Assembly (NCBI GenBank): GCA_002716625.1
Contig: PBAS01000083.1
Location: forward strand, 1-32,149
Source: Phycisphaeraceae bacterium
GTDB taxonomy: Bacteria > Planctomycetota > Phycisphaerae > Phycisphaerales > Phycisphaeraceae
DNA: 32,149 nucleotides
Reading direction: 5' to 3'
The notes below the pieces were generated by a model. It was given only the letters and a program-made list of their open reading frames with translations, was not told the DNA's origin and ran no database searches. Below are positions 17,132 to 27,146 of this stretch, in pieces. The position numbers and the translations under genes are program-made. The stretch's first letter is position 1. Each line of letters begins with the position of its first letter.

Positions 17132-18154
17132 TCATGGTGAGGCGCCCGTCCAAAGATAGAAAAACCCGGTTGATGCTTGCCCGAAGGATTCAGAGAAATT
17201 GAACTGAGCGAAATTAATCTGGGTACGCGTCTCATCCGATATGAGTCTGCCAGAACGAGAGCTTCCCGCATAAGGTGAGCCAATATAGTCATACGGACGA
17301 TGATACAAAATCAGATCAGCCCATTTAATCCCGGCCAGATTCTTTGCGACCTTAAACGCCTCGGTAAGGTCCCCCACCTCATCAACCAAACCCACCTTGA
17401 CCGCCTCCGCACCACTAAAGATACGGCCATCAGCAATCTGTGGAAATTGAGCATGGTCAATAGCAGGTCTTGCCTGACGCACCACAGATGCAAACTGGTT
17501 ATAAAAATCATCCACAAGGGCTTGAAGCACAGCACGTTTTTCACCAGTCATTTCACTCAACGGTGAACCAATATCCTTATTAGAGCCACTGGTAATTGCT
17601 TCGGCACGGATGCCGAATCGATCCAGAGCAGGCTTTACACTTAGTGTTTGAACAATCACACCAATACTCCCCGTTATGGAAGTCGGGTAGCAAATGATCT
17701 TGTCTGCTGCGCATGCCAGGTAGTACCCACCACTTGCAGTTACGTCCATCATCAATGCAATCACAGGTTTTCCGCTACGCTTCTTAAACCGCAACACCTG
17801 TCGATACATCGCATCACTTGCCGTCACCGTGCCACCTGGAGTATTGAGACGTAGAATCACGGCCTTTGTTCGTGTATCACGGCGTGCCAATTCAAGTTTT
17901 TCGTGCAGCAAACTCACCGGATTCTCTCCACGCCTGAAGACCCCGGATTTGTGTGCGTTGTAGATCAACCCGGACACATCAATCATCGCCACACGGTTCG
18001 ATTGCCAACCACGATCCGCTTCAACCACCTTTGTCTTAAGTTTCTGATTCCCCGCTGCCCCTCCTATCGTCATGGTCAGGGGGCCACATCCACCAATACC
18101 GACCGCTATAAAGACACTAAGGATGACACGCGGTACAACCTGGCAGTGATTCAT
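17132..18154 (-). CDS. sppA: Signal peptide peptidase SppA (S49 family, 36K type).
   Basis: N-terminal hydrophobic segment with VGIGGCG. S49 blocks LNTPGGTVTASD and ALMMDVTASGGYYLACAADKI, and a downstream K in the dyad region. 340 aa, 13 nt downstream of lon. Confidence 0.88.
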   Translation of the reverse strand: MNHCQVVPRVILSVFIAVGIGGCGPLTMTIGGAAGNQKLKTKVVEADRGWQSNRVAMIDVSGLIYNAHKSGVFRRGENPVSLLHEKLELARRDTRTKAVILRLNTPGGTVTASDAMYRQVLRFKKRSGKPVIALMMDVTASGGYYLACAADKIICYPTSITGSIGVIVQTLSVKPALDRFGIRAEAITSGSNKDIGSPLSEMTGEKRAVLQALVDDFYNQFASVVRQARPAIDHAQFPQIADGRIFSGAEAVKVGLVDEVGDLTEAFKVAKNLAGIKWADLILYHRPYDYIGSPYAGSSRSGRLISDETRTQINFAQFNFSESFGQASTGFFYLWTGASP

Positions 18155-18167
18155 GATCTATTGCCTG

Positions 18168-20648
18168 TCAACAGTTTGCCCCGGCTGATTGGGCGGCTTG
18201 CTTGTAGTTTGGATTTTCACTTCCTGCGTGACGCCTCCCATTGGCGCCGATCGCCTTGGCCAAGCGAGATTTCCCCAAAGCGTGTTGAAGTACCTGGTCA
18301 ACATTCTCAACATAGATAACACGACAGCTCCGCCTGACCTGCATATCAATTTCCTCGTGATCCTTGCGATTGCCTTTGGGCAGCAGGATTGTCTTGATAC
18401 CAGCTCGCGCTGCAGCAAGTGTCTTTTCTTTGATGCCGCCAACAGGCAACACAAGACCTCGCAGTGTCACCTCCCCTGTCATTGCCATACGCGGTACGGA
18501 TCGAATATCCAGTAGCAATGATGCAATCGCGGTAAACATTGCAATACCGGCACTGGGCCCATCCTTGGGAACTGCTCCTGCTGGCACATGAACATGTATA
18601 TCTAGGCCCTTAAGCTGATGCACATTATATTTAAAGTTCGGTGAGCGCGACTTAAACAGGCTTAATGCCGTACTTGCCGATTCCTTCATGACGTCACCCA
18701 TCTGCCCGGTAAAATTCACCTGGCCGGTGCCGGGAAACACTGTCGCCTCAACAAATAAAACATCTCCACCAGTTGGCGTATAAGCCAGCCCTAGGACAAC
18801 GCCAGGGATTATGGTACGTAAACTCACATCCTGCAGGTGCTGTTCTGGACCAAGCATTTTACGCACCAATGCTTGATCAACGTTCCAGACACGACTGGTT
18901 TTCTTCTTACGAGCTGCCACCTTGGCCGCCACACCACGACAGACTGCACCGATCTGACGCTCCAACTCCCGAACACCGGCTTCACGCGTATAGTCGGTCA
19001 CGATTTTTCGTATTGCAGGCACCCTCCACCTGCATCCCTTCTTATCCAGCCCATTCTCTTTCAGTTGCCTGACTGTCAAGTACCGCCGCGCGATAGCTAG
19101 TTTGTCATGGTCGGTATACCCTGGAATTTCAATTACCTCCATCCGGTCTTGTAACGCGGGTGGGACAGTACCCATATAGTTGGCGGTGGCGATAAAGAGA
19201 ATCTGTGATAGATCAAACGGCACATCGAGATAACGATCAACGAAAGCATTATTCTGCCTTGGATCCAGTACCTCTAACAAGGCACTAGCCGGATCACCGC
19301 GGAAGTCACTTCCCAATTTGTCGATTTCATCAAGCATCATCACCGGGTTATTTGTCCCCGCTCGCCGGATCTCCTGGATGATCCGGCCCGGCATTGCTCC
19401 TATGTAGGTTCTTCGATGACCACGAATTTCTGCTTCATCGCGAATACCACCGAAGCTCATGCGAGCAAACTGACGACCTAAAGCATCGGCCACCGACTGG
19501 CCCAAACTAGTTTTACCAACACCGGGCGGTCCCACCAGGCAGATGATCGGGCTTCGACCCCGGGGGTTCAGTTTACGCACCGCCAGATATTCAATTAGCC
19601 TTCGCTTGACCTTGTCCAAATTATAATGGTCACGATCAAGAATCCGCCGGGCACGATCAAGATCGAGATTATCCTCGCTCGCTTTGGACCAGGGCAGGTC
19701 CGTAATCAGTTCAAGGTAGGTCAACAACATGGAATACTCTGGGCTGGCTGGTGGTATGATCTCCAGCCGATCCAATTCCCGATGAGCTTGCTCCATTACC
19801 TTTTGAGGAGGTTTTGCATCATCCAAACGTTTGCGTAACTGGCCAACAATCTCCCCCGCCCCACCATCTTCATCAGCAAGTTCCTTTTGAATGGCCTTAA
19901 GTTGTTCACGCATATAGTGTTTGCGCTGTGACTCTCCGATCGATGATTGAACATCCTGCTGAATCTTCTGTTGAAGTTTGAGAATCTCCAGTTGAGTAGA
20001 CACATGTTGATGCACGGCACGAATCCGCTTGGCAACATCCAGGTTTTCAAGAAGGTCTTGTTTTTGTTCGACGTCTAAGTTCAGGTTGGCCCCAAGAAAA
20101 TCCGTCATGGCTGACGGGTTCTCAATATTCATAAAAAGCGTCACAGCATCTTCAGGCACATTGGGGGACATCTCAATCAAGGTACGAGCCTGCTCACGAA
20201 CCTGGGCAACTGCCGCCTCAAATCGTTTACCGCTCCCGGCTTTTTCCTCCAGTTGATCAACTTTGGCTATGAAGTAGGGCTTGACCTGAGTAAATTGAGT
20301 CAGACGTACACGTGTTAGTCCGTGGACAATCACCGACAACGACTCATCCGGCTGCCGGATCATTTTCAACACTGTCACCGCCAGGCCGATTTCGTACAAC
20401 GCTTCTGAACCCGGGTTCTCCTCTTCCTCGTCCCGCTGGGTGACCAAGGCAATGATCTTGGATTCGGGCAATGAATCATCAAGCAATCGACGGCTGGCTG
20501 AGCGGCCAATGGCTAGCGGCATTACAGTACCCGGGAAGGCGACTGTGCCGCGGATTGGCAGAACCGGCAATAGGGCAGGGATCTGTGTGGACTCAGCCAT
20601 CGGTTGGTTGATCTGGTCGATGATATTGGTCGGTGTTGAATCAGTCAT
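18168..20648 (-). CDS. lon: ATP-dependent protease Lon.
   Basis: 826 aa. N-terminal LON domain ([23 protein letters not shown]), AAA+ Walker [10 protein letters not shown], and C-terminal protease domain [19 protein letters not shown] with the catalytic Ser. Confidence 0.95.
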   Translation of the reverse strand: MTDSTPTNIIDQINQPMAESTQIPALLPVLPIRGTVAFPGTVMPLAIGRSASRRLLDDSLPESKIIALVTQRDEEEENPGSEALYEIGLAVTVLKMIRQPDESLSVIVHGLTRVRLTQFTQVKPYFIAKVDQLEEKAGSGKRFEAAVAQVREQARTLIEMSPNVPEDAVTLFMNIENPSAMTDFLGANLNLDVEQKQDLLENLDVAKRIRAVHQHVSTQLEILKLQQKIQQDVQSSIGESQRKHYMREQLKAIQKELADEDGGAGEIVGQLRKRLDDAKPPQKVMEQAHRELDRLEIIPPASPEYSMLLTYLELITDLPWSKASEDNLDLDRARRILDRDHYNLDKVKRRLIEYLAVRKLNPRGRSPIICLVGPPGVGKTSLGQSVADALGRQFARMSFGGIRDEAEIRGHRRTYIGAMPGRIIQEIRRAGTNNPVMMLDEIDKLGSDFRGDPASALLEVLDPRQNNAFVDRYLDVPFDLSQILFIATANYMGTVPPALQDRMEVIEIPGYTDHDKLAIARRYLTVRQLKENGLDKKGCRWRVPAIRKIVTDYTREAGVRELERQIGAVCRGVAAKVAARKKKTSRVWNVDQALVRKMLGPEQHLQDVSLRTIIPGVVLGLAYTPTGGDVLFVEATVFPGTGQVNFTGQMGDVMKESASTALSLFKSRSPNFKYNVHQLKGLDIHVHVPAGAVPKDGPSAGIAMFTAIASLLLDIRSVPRMAMTGEVTLRGLVLPVGGIKEKTLAAARAGIKTILLPKGNRKDHEEIDMQVRRSCRVIYVENVDQVLQHALGKSRLAKAIGANGRRHAGSENPNYKQAAQSAGANC

Positions 20649-20664
20649 TGCTTGTTAGCGGTTC

Positions 20665-21084
20665 CTAACCTGCCGGTTGTAATGAAAGTCGGATCCAAAA
20701 TAGCCCTTGTGCATACTCTGTGTCCATGGCATTGAAATCAACTCGCTCGGGCAGAGAAATTGTCCTTGCAAACTTCCCGTGATCAATCTCCATGAAAACA
20801 AGCCGCATTGACTCATTTGTAGAAGGCCGCGGGTCAGGAGCAAGCCGTGTCCCGGATACGACTAGCCGCCCTGCTGTTACTTCTATTTTCAACGTTTGTG
20901 GTTGAATGCCCGCTAAATCGATGCAGACATCAATCCGGTCTTGAAGTTGGTACATGTTGACTAGGGGCGTCCATGCTTCGCCGGGGTGGAACTGGTTGAA
21001 TTGCTCAGCCCACACGTCGCGAACCGAGTGGCTGATACGTACCTGAATATCGTCGAATGCACCGTTCGATGATGCGTCAAACAT
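20665..21084 (-). CDS. Hsp20/alpha-crystallin small heat-shock protein.
   Basis: 139 aa. ACD pattern WTPLVNMYQ..DRIDVCIDLAGIQPQTLKIEVTAGRLVVSGTR and the FARTISLPERVDFNAMDTEYAQGLFWIRL C-terminal block. GAGGTG RBS. It sits immediately upstream of lon. Confidence 0.8.
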   Translation of the reverse strand: MFDASSNGAFDDIQVRISHSVRDVWAEQFNQFHPGEAWTPLVNMYQLQDRIDVCIDLAGIQPQTLKIEVTAGRLVVSGTRLAPDPRPSTNESMRLVFMEIDHGKFARTISLPERVDFNAMDTEYAQGLFWIRLSLQPAG

Positions 21085-21175
21085 CTTGGAATCACCTCAT
21101 TTCCAGACCTATGAGTGAGACGAAGACCTGATCATACCCGGGATAAATGGATTTTGCCTTCATCCCGCCGGGGCC

Positions 21176-21197
21176 CTAATATCATTAATATCATTAG
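21176..21197. promoter_or_regulatory. Perfect 9-bp tandem direct repeat (AATATCATT x2) flanked by inverted CTAAT/ATTAG, in the divergent hsp20/folE2 intergenic region. Candidate operator or -10 region.
   Basis: Read directly: cTAATATCATTAATATCATTAg at 21176-21197, 32 nt upstream of the folE2 ATG. It contains two TATCAT hexamers. Confidence 0.25.
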
Positions 21198-21228
21198 TCC
21201 GACACACACCATTAAGGTGAAAATAAAC

Positions 21229-22047
21229 ATGGCAACGCAAACACAGTCGCAAACCACCTCCTCCATGCCCGATGTCCAAGCCAGTCGTGATACACGCCAA
21301 GTACCGATTGACCGCGTGGGGGTCAAGCAAATCACCTACCCAATCAGTCTCCAATGCCCAGCAACCGGTGGTGTTCAACATACGGTGGCAGAAGTAAATA
21401 TGTACGTTGGCCTGCCCCATGACCTCAAGGGCACCCACATGAGTCGTTTCCTGGAGGTGCTTAACGAACACCATAATCATCTACGATCAGATGAAATCAT
21501 GGAAGTGTGCCATGACATGAAGAATCGGCTTGACGCCGACGAAGCGCATCTTGAACTAACGTTCCCTTACTTCATCCATAAAACCGCACCGGTAACCCGT
21601 GCCCCCGGCATGCTTGACATCAAGGTCGCCTTTGAGGCCACAAGCAGCGATGTGGACGACTTTGTAATGGGTATCAAGGTCCCGGCCGCCAGTGTATGTC
21701 CCTGCTCCAAACTTATCTCTGATTATGGCGCCCACAACCAGAGGTGTGAAATGGAGGTCAGAGTCCGTTTCGCCCCCGGTAAATACATGTGGATCGAGGA
21801 ATTATTTAAACTGGTTGAACGCTGTGCAAGTGCTGAGGTATTTGCCGTCCTCAAGAGACCCGATGAAAAATATGTGACCGAGGTTGCCTATGACAATCCA
21901 AAATTTGTTGAGGATATCGTTCGCGATCTAGCCTTGGCCTTGGATGCCGATGATCGAATCGCATGGTACGAGGCTAAAAGTGAAAACTTCGAGTCAATCC
22001 ATAACCATAATGCGTACGCCTCAATAGAAAAAGAAAAACATACCTAG
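21229..22047 (+). CDS. folE2: GTP cyclohydrolase FolE2/MptA family (GTP cyclohydrolase IB).
   Basis: RDTRQVPIDRVGVKQITYPI and the family signature KGTHMSRF. Cys cluster CPCSK. About 272 aa from ATG 21229, which has an AAGGTG RBS. The track start at 21115 has no RBS and adds non-conserved residues. Confidence 0.8.
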   Translation: MATQTQSQTTSSMPDVQASRDTRQVPIDRVGVKQITYPISLQCPATGGVQHTVAEVNMYVGLPHDLKGTHMSRFLEVLNEHHNHLRSDEIMEVCHDMKNRLDADEAHLELTFPYFIHKTAPVTRAPGMLDIKVAFEATSSDVDDFVMGIKVPAASVCPCSKLISDYGAHNQRCEMEVRVRFAPGKYMWIEELFKLVERCASAEVFAVLKRPDEKYVTEVAYDNPKFVEDIVRDLALALDADDRIAWYEAKSENFESIHNHNAYASIEKEKHT

Positions 22048-22097
22048 GGATCACATCAATCAGATTTAAAAGCCGCATATCCTGGGTGGCTAGACTC

Positions 22098-22352
22098 ATG
22101 TCAGAAGTGGAACTTATCCTGTATGGCCATCCCAATTGTCCGCTTTGTCGTCGGCTCGAAAAATTACTCCAGCCGCATCTAAACAAAAGTCATTTTTCCT
22201 TACGAAAACATGATATCTACGACAATGACGAATGGCAGCGTCGCTACGCACAACGTGTGCCTGTATTGACTTACCGTAACCGCATCATCCTCGAAGGTAG
22301 GCCCTCGGAACAGGAATTGGCCAACAGCCTTAACCACCTAGTCACGTCATAG
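22098..22352 (+). CDS. Small glutaredoxin-like thioredoxin-fold protein (DUF836-like, CPLC motif).
   Basis: 84 aa. ELILYGHPNCPLCRRL (CxxC near the N-terminus after beta1) and a VPVL motif, typical of a glutaredoxin fold. The start codon choice is ATG 22098 versus GTG 22086. Confidence 0.55.
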   Translation: MSEVELILYGHPNCPLCRRLEKLLQPHLNKSHFSLRKHDIYDNDEWQRRYAQRVPVLTYRNRIILEGRPSEQELANSLNHLVTS

Positions 22353-22546
22353 CCCCCGCCGGAATACCCATCAATCATGCCCCCCTACTGCGATATCCCC
22401 CGTAGGGTTTGCCTCTAGGCAGATCATAAACGCCACAAAAAATCCTGACAGATCACATATCTTCGGATTTGAACGCTATTTATGATAGAATACACGCAGA
22501 TCATATAGCCACAGCCCCTTGGTAAAAGCAGCAGGATCCGTATCGA

Positions 22547-24325
22547 ATGTCGAACAACCTGATTGCCCTTCAAAACAAGTTCCTCGGCCACGGCCAGACC
22601 GTGTACGATAAACTATCACAACTGCATGAAAAAAAAGGCTTTATAGGCGACGGCGACATCCAGGCTGTCGCGACTGAATTTAATCTACCGCCCCAGCATG
22701 TACGATCAACGGCTAAGTTCTACGAAGAACTTGCGCATGACAGTCCCACCAAGCACCAAATCAAAATATGTAATGGTGAAGCATGCCAGGCAGCAGGCTG
22801 TAAATCACTCGAATCAGGACTATGTGCTGACCTAGATGCCACACTTGGTAAGACCAACAGTAATGGTATTCGCATTGAGCATGTGGCGTGTCTTGGGTAT
22901 TGCGGGCTTGGTCCCAACGCAACGATCGATGGGCTACCGGTATCACTTGCCGATGAAGATGACCGGCAAGCGGCTGTCAACCATATCAAGCAGGGGACTC
23001 CATTAGGCCTAATGGAGCCTACAAACAAAATCTATAAGCCGTTGTTGGATCAGCCATGCGTTCTAATGCGTCATTTTGATGCCAATGTGGTCTCGATTGA
23101 CAGGGCACGCGCGGCAGGGATTTACAAGTCGCTAGAGAAAGCGGTCACATCAATGACGCCTGTCCAAGTCATTGAACAGGTCCAGTCAAGCCAACTTCGT
23201 GGACGCGGAGGTGCTGGATTTCCTGCAGGAATTAAGTTCCAGACCGTGGCCGATGCAGAGGTCGAAGATGGTTCTGGCCGAAAGTTCGTTGTTGTCAATT
23301 TCGATGAAGGGGACGCCGGATCCTACATTGACAAGGAACTGTGCGAGCGCGACCCACATACGCAGATTGAGGGGATCCTGTTAGCCGCATATGCCTGCGG
23401 TGCCTCTGAGGTATTTATTTACGTTCGATTTGAGTACCCACGGGCCTTGTCAATTCTCAAACAAGCTGCCGACGAAGCCTTGAAGGCGGGGATCATTGGC
23501 CCCAGGATCTTTGGATCCGACTTTGGATGTGTTGTCAATATCATGAAGGGTCAAGGCGCCTATATCTGTGGTGAGGAGACGAGCCTGCTGCGGTCAATCG
23601 AAGGCGTACCGGCTCTTGTCAGTTTCAAGCCTCCATTCCCCGCACAAAAAGGGTTATGGAACTGCCCTACCGCTGTCAACAATACCGAGACATTGCACAA
23701 CCTGCCTTGGATCATAGAACACGGTGGCGCAGCCTACGGCAAGTTTGGCACCGGCCGATCACGCGGCACCAAAGCCGTAAGTATCAACTCACGCGTCAAG
23801 CGACCAGGCATGTACGAAGTGGAACTCGGCATCACACTCCGTGAACTGATCTTTGATCTGGCTGGCGGCATGGCAAATGGCCAGCAGTTCAAAGCTGTAC
23901 AGATTGGCGGGCCCCTCGGCGGTATTCTCCCAGAGCATCTGCTTGATACGAATCTGGATTTTGAATCATTGGCACAGGTCAATGGCCTGCTGGGACACGC
24001 GGGCATCGTGGTCTATAGCCAGGCAGATGACCTAGTAGAAATTGCACGTGGACTGATGAAGTTCTGTGCGGTAGAAAGCTGCGGGAAATGTTTCCCGTGT
24101 CGGATTGGATCCGTTCGTGGAACGGAATTATTCGACCAGATGATTGAAAGCGGTGTAACTGACGAGCGGTTGGAATTAATGAACGAACTGTGCGAAACCA
24201 TGAAATATGGGTCTCTGTGTGCGCTGGGTGGTATGATTCCCACGCCAATCGAGTGCTTGATGCAATATTTCCCAGAAGAATTGGACCGATATAGGCAGAA
24301 AAGCGTAGCCACCATGGACGCGTGA
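22547..24325 (+). CDS. fdsB: NAD-dependent formate dehydrogenase beta subunit with a fused NuoE-like gamma domain (NuoE+NuoF homolog).
   Basis: N-terminal thioredoxin-like 2Fe-2S domain (CNGEACQAAGC ... CLGYCGLGP). Then the 51-kDa module: GRGGAGFPAGIKF (FMN), NAD-binding glycine-rich region, and 4Fe-4S CGKCFPCRIG. 592 aa. Confidence 0.87.
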   Translation: MSNNLIALQNKFLGHGQTVYDKLSQLHEKKGFIGDGDIQAVATEFNLPPQHVRSTAKFYEELAHDSPTKHQIKICNGEACQAAGCKSLESGLCADLDATLGKTNSNGIRIEHVACLGYCGLGPNATIDGLPVSLADEDDRQAAVNHIKQGTPLGLMEPTNKIYKPLLDQPCVLMRHFDANVVSIDRARAAGIYKSLEKAVTSMTPVQVIEQVQSSQLRGRGGAGFPAGIKFQTVADAEVEDGSGRKFVVVNFDEGDAGSYIDKELCERDPHTQIEGILLAAYACGASEVFIYVRFEYPRALSILKQAADEALKAGIIGPRIFGSDFGCVVNIMKGQGAYICGEETSLLRSIEGVPALVSFKPPFPAQKGLWNCPTAVNNTETLHNLPWIIEHGGAAYGKFGTGRSRGTKAVSINSRVKRPGMYEVELGITLRELIFDLAGGMANGQQFKAVQIGGPLGGILPEHLLDTNLDFESLAQVNGLLGHAGIVVYSQADDLVEIARGLMKFCAVESCGKCFPCRIGSVRGTELFDQMIESGVTDERLELMNELCETMKYGSLCALGGMIPTPIECLMQYFPEELDRYRQKSVATMDA

Positions 24326-24348
24326 TTGGGTGTATTGGAAGGCAGAAA

Positions 24349-27132
24349 ATGATTAGTCACATTCAGAACAACGGGCGGACGGTCAGCATCACGATCGATG
24401 GTCAACAGGTCGAAATCCCAGAAGATGCGACTGTTTTGACTGCCCTGCGCAGCATTGGCAAAGATGTGCCAACGCTGTGTTATTCTGATCGCATGAAACC
24501 CTACGGTGCGTGCCGCACCTGCCTCATTGAGGTTGAAGGCGGCAAACCGGTTGCTGCATGCCACACACCAGTACAAAACGACAGAAATTACATCACCCAA
24601 TCCCCCCTTCTGACTCGTTTACGAAGAAATATCACAGAATTAGTCGTAAGTGATCATCCCCTAGAGTGCCTCGATTGCACAGCCAATGGACGCTGTGACC
24701 TGCAAAGCCTAGCACAGCAGGTGGGTCTGCGGACACCTCGTTATGAAAACCCCCGTACGCACAACCCACCCAAAGATGACTCACATCCATTTATCAAACT
24801 AGAGATGGCCAAGTGCATCGGATGCGCTAAGTGCGTACGTGCATGCGATGAGGTTCAAGGGTCGTTCATTTTAGGCATGTCTGGTCGTGGCTATGACGTA
24901 AAGGTCATTGCTGGCAATGACACCGGATTTGAAGATGCAAATTGTGTCAGTTGCGGACAGTGCGTTGTTGAATGTCCGGTGGCTGCCCTTGAGGAACCGG
25001 GGACACGTGATTTTGGCCTACCCGACAATACAGTAAACACTACATGTTCATACTGCGGGGTCGGTTGCTCACTGGATGTCAATGTCAAAGATGGCCAAGT
25101 GATCAATATTGTCCCGTCAAAACAAGGGTCCGCCAATTTAGGACACACATGCGTCAAAGGACGTTTCGCCCATCAATTTGCCCATTCGACTGACCGTTTA
25201 CGTACCCCCTTGATCAAGGACAAAAGTGGCAGTTTCCAAGAAGCGACGTGGGATACGGCACTAGACCTGATTGCCATGAGGTTCACTGAACTGCGTGAAA
25301 ATTACGGCCCGGCTGGGTTCAGCATGATCAGTTCATCACGATGTACCAATGAAGAAAACTTCCTCATGCAAAAGTTTGCTCGTGTCGTGATGGGAACCAA
25401 TTCGATTGACAACTGCTCACGCGTCTGCCACTCACCTTCATCCTACGCCTTAGGCCAAGCATTGGGCACTGGAGCCGGCACAAACAGTTTCCAAGATGTT
25501 CATTACTCAGATGTCCTATTGATCGTAGGCGCCAATCCAACCGAGGCGCATCCTGTATTCGGCGCACGGATCAAGCAATCGGTTCTTGCCGGGTGCAAAC
25601 TCATCATCCTTGATCCGAGGAATACGGAATTGGCGGGGCTCTCAGATGTGCACTTGCCACTGCGGCCTGGTTCCAACGTTGCAGTAATCAATGCCCTTCA
25701 GCATGTTTTGATTGAAGAAGATTTGATTGATCCACAGTTTATTGCACAACACACAGAAGGGTTTGAACTGGTTAAAAAGGAAATGTCTGGCTGCACACCG
25801 CAGTGGGCCTCACAAATAAGCAGCGTGAATTCAGATCTGATTCGCCAAGCCGCACGTTTATATGCCAGTGGCAAAGCCTCACAGATCCTCTGGGGCCTAG
25901 GTGTAACAGAAGCGGGTCATGGTTCGAATGCCGCTTTCGGTCTGATCAATATGGCGGTGATGACTGGGAACATCGGACGTCCGGGACCCGGCGCAAGTCC
26001 AATTCGTGGCCAGAATAATGTCCAAGGAGCATCCGATGTCGGTGCCCTCCCGAATGTCTTTTGCGATTACCGGTCCGTAACCGATACGCAGGCTCGTGCC
26101 GACCATAAAAAGATCTGGGGTGTCGAGCCGCCAACGAATACCGGCCTTCGTATCCCCGACATGTTTGATGCCTCGCATCACGGCACCCTCAAGGGGATGT
26201 ATATTCTGGCTGAAGATGTAGCTCAATCAGATCCCAACACATCCCACGTGGTGGGCTCGCTGGAAAACCTGGAGTTCATGGTCGTCCAGGAAATCTTCAT
26301 GAATCCCACGGCTGAATTGGCTGATGTGGTGCTCCCTGGTACGACATTCCTTGAAAAGGACGGCACGTTTTGTAATAGCGACCGTCGTATCCAACGAGTA
26401 CGCAAGGCCATTGAGCCACTAACCGGCACGATGGTTGATGGCGACATTACCAATGCCATCGCTCGCCGCATGGGTGTGGACCTCGGCTTCGACAGCGGCC
26501 CAGACACCCTGATTGACCCATCAAAGATCATGGACGAGATTGCCGCCCTCAGTCCCAAATGGGCCGGTGTCAGCTACGAGAGACTTGAGCAATTGGGTTT
26601 TATCCAATGGCCATGCTGGGACAAGGACCACCCAGGAACCGACATCGTTCATCGTAACGGTGAGTTCTTAAGCGGAAAGGCCAAGCTCACGCCGACTCCA
26701 TGGCAAGAACCGGGCGAACTTCCGGATGATCAATACCCTCTAATGCTTACCACAGGTCGCCAGTTATTTCATTACAACGTAGGCACCATGACCAGGCGTA
26801 CTGATGTCTCGAAGTTGCATAAGGCCAAAGAGGAAACCTTACGTATCCACCCCAAGGATGCCCGTCGCCTTGAGATTCGTAACGGCGAACAGGTCAATGT
26901 CATTTCTCGGCATGGGCACGTATGCGTCCGCGCAGAGGTCACCAAAGCGACCAATCCAGGCACTGTGTTTATGACATTCCATTTTCCTGAATCCCGCACA
27001 AATCTCGTGATTTCCAGTGCCATGGACGAATATACCGGCTGCCCGGAATACAAGGTCAACGCTGTACGCATCGAAAAAGTTTCCTCTGCACAAAACCAGA
27101 CATGCCCCGATATACCATCGGCTTCTAAGTAG
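24349..27132 (+). CDS. fdsA: NAD-dependent formate dehydrogenase alpha subunit (molybdopterin, Cys-type).
   Basis: N-terminal plant-type 2Fe-2S domain (CYSDRMKPYGACRTCLIEV) and 4Fe-4S clusters (CIGCAKCVRAC, CVSCGQCVVECP). The MopB domain has CSRVCHSPS, with Cys at the Mo-ligand position and no in-frame TGA. I chose ATG 24349, which follows GGAAGG. GTG 24322 overlaps the fdsB stop. Confidence 0.9.
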   Translation: MISHIQNNGRTVSITIDGQQVEIPEDATVLTALRSIGKDVPTLCYSDRMKPYGACRTCLIEVEGGKPVAACHTPVQNDRNYITQSPLLTRLRRNITELVVSDHPLECLDCTANGRCDLQSLAQQVGLRTPRYENPRTHNPPKDDSHPFIKLEMAKCIGCAKCVRACDEVQGSFILGMSGRGYDVKVIAGNDTGFEDANCVSCGQCVVECPVAALEEPGTRDFGLPDNTVNTTCSYCGVGCSLDVNVKDGQVINIVPSKQGSANLGHTCVKGRFAHQFAHSTDRLRTPLIKDKSGSFQEATWDTALDLIAMRFTELRENYGPAGFSMISSSRCTNEENFLMQKFARVVMGTNSIDNCSRVCHSPSSYALGQALGTGAGTNSFQDVHYSDVLLIVGANPTEAHPVFGARIKQSVLAGCKLIILDPRNTELAGLSDVHLPLRPGSNVAVINALQHVLIEEDLIDPQFIAQHTEGFELVKKEMSGCTPQWASQISSVNSDLIRQAARLYASGKASQILWGLGVTEAGHGSNAAFGLINMAVMTGNIGRPGPGASPIRGQNNVQGASDVGALPNVFCDYRSVTDTQARADHKKIWGVEPPTNTGLRIPDMFDASHHGTLKGMYILAEDVAQSDPNTSHVVGSLENLEFMVVQEIFMNPTAELADVVLPGTTFLEKDGTFCNSDRRIQRVRKAIEPLTGTMVDGDITNAIARRMGVDLGFDSGPDTLIDPSKIMDEIAALSPKWAGVSYERLEQLGFIQWPCWDKDHPGTDIVHRNGEFLSGKAKLTPTPWQEPGELPDDQYPLMLTTGRQLFHYNVGTMTRRTDVSKLHKAKEETLRIHPKDARRLEIRNGEQVNVISRHGHVCVRAEVTKATNPGTVFMTFHFPESRTNLVISSAMDEYTGCPEYKVNAVRIEKVSSAQNQTCPDIPSASK

Positions 27133-27146
27133 CGAAGTAATTTAAT

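Noticed and set aside
18189-20256. Multiple 70-140-aa ORFs on the plus strand antisense to lon, and on either strand inside map, rpoA, fdsA and others.
   Set aside because: They lie fully inside strongly supported genes, have no RBS or motifs and have biased low-complexity compositions. They are typical shadow ORFs.
21085-21175. Sigma32-like (CTTGAAA/CCCCATNT) or CIRCE/HAIR heat-shock elements upstream of hsp20.
   Set aside because: Only weak partial matches (ATGAAGG ... ATCCATTT) with the wrong spacing. No TTAGCACTC-N9-GAGTGCTAA or CTTGAGT-N7-ACTCAAG was found.
22445-22491. A TTGAAC / TAGAAT promoter candidate upstream of fdsB.
   Set aside because: The hexamers are 11 nt apart, too short for sigma70. 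Alternative pairings are weak, so the promoter location is left unassigned.
24322-24348. A selenocysteine-type formate dehydrogenase.
   Set aside because: The fdsA frame is uninterrupted. The residue aligned to FdhF U140 is Cys (RVCHSPS), and there is no in-frame TGA or SECIS-like hairpin.
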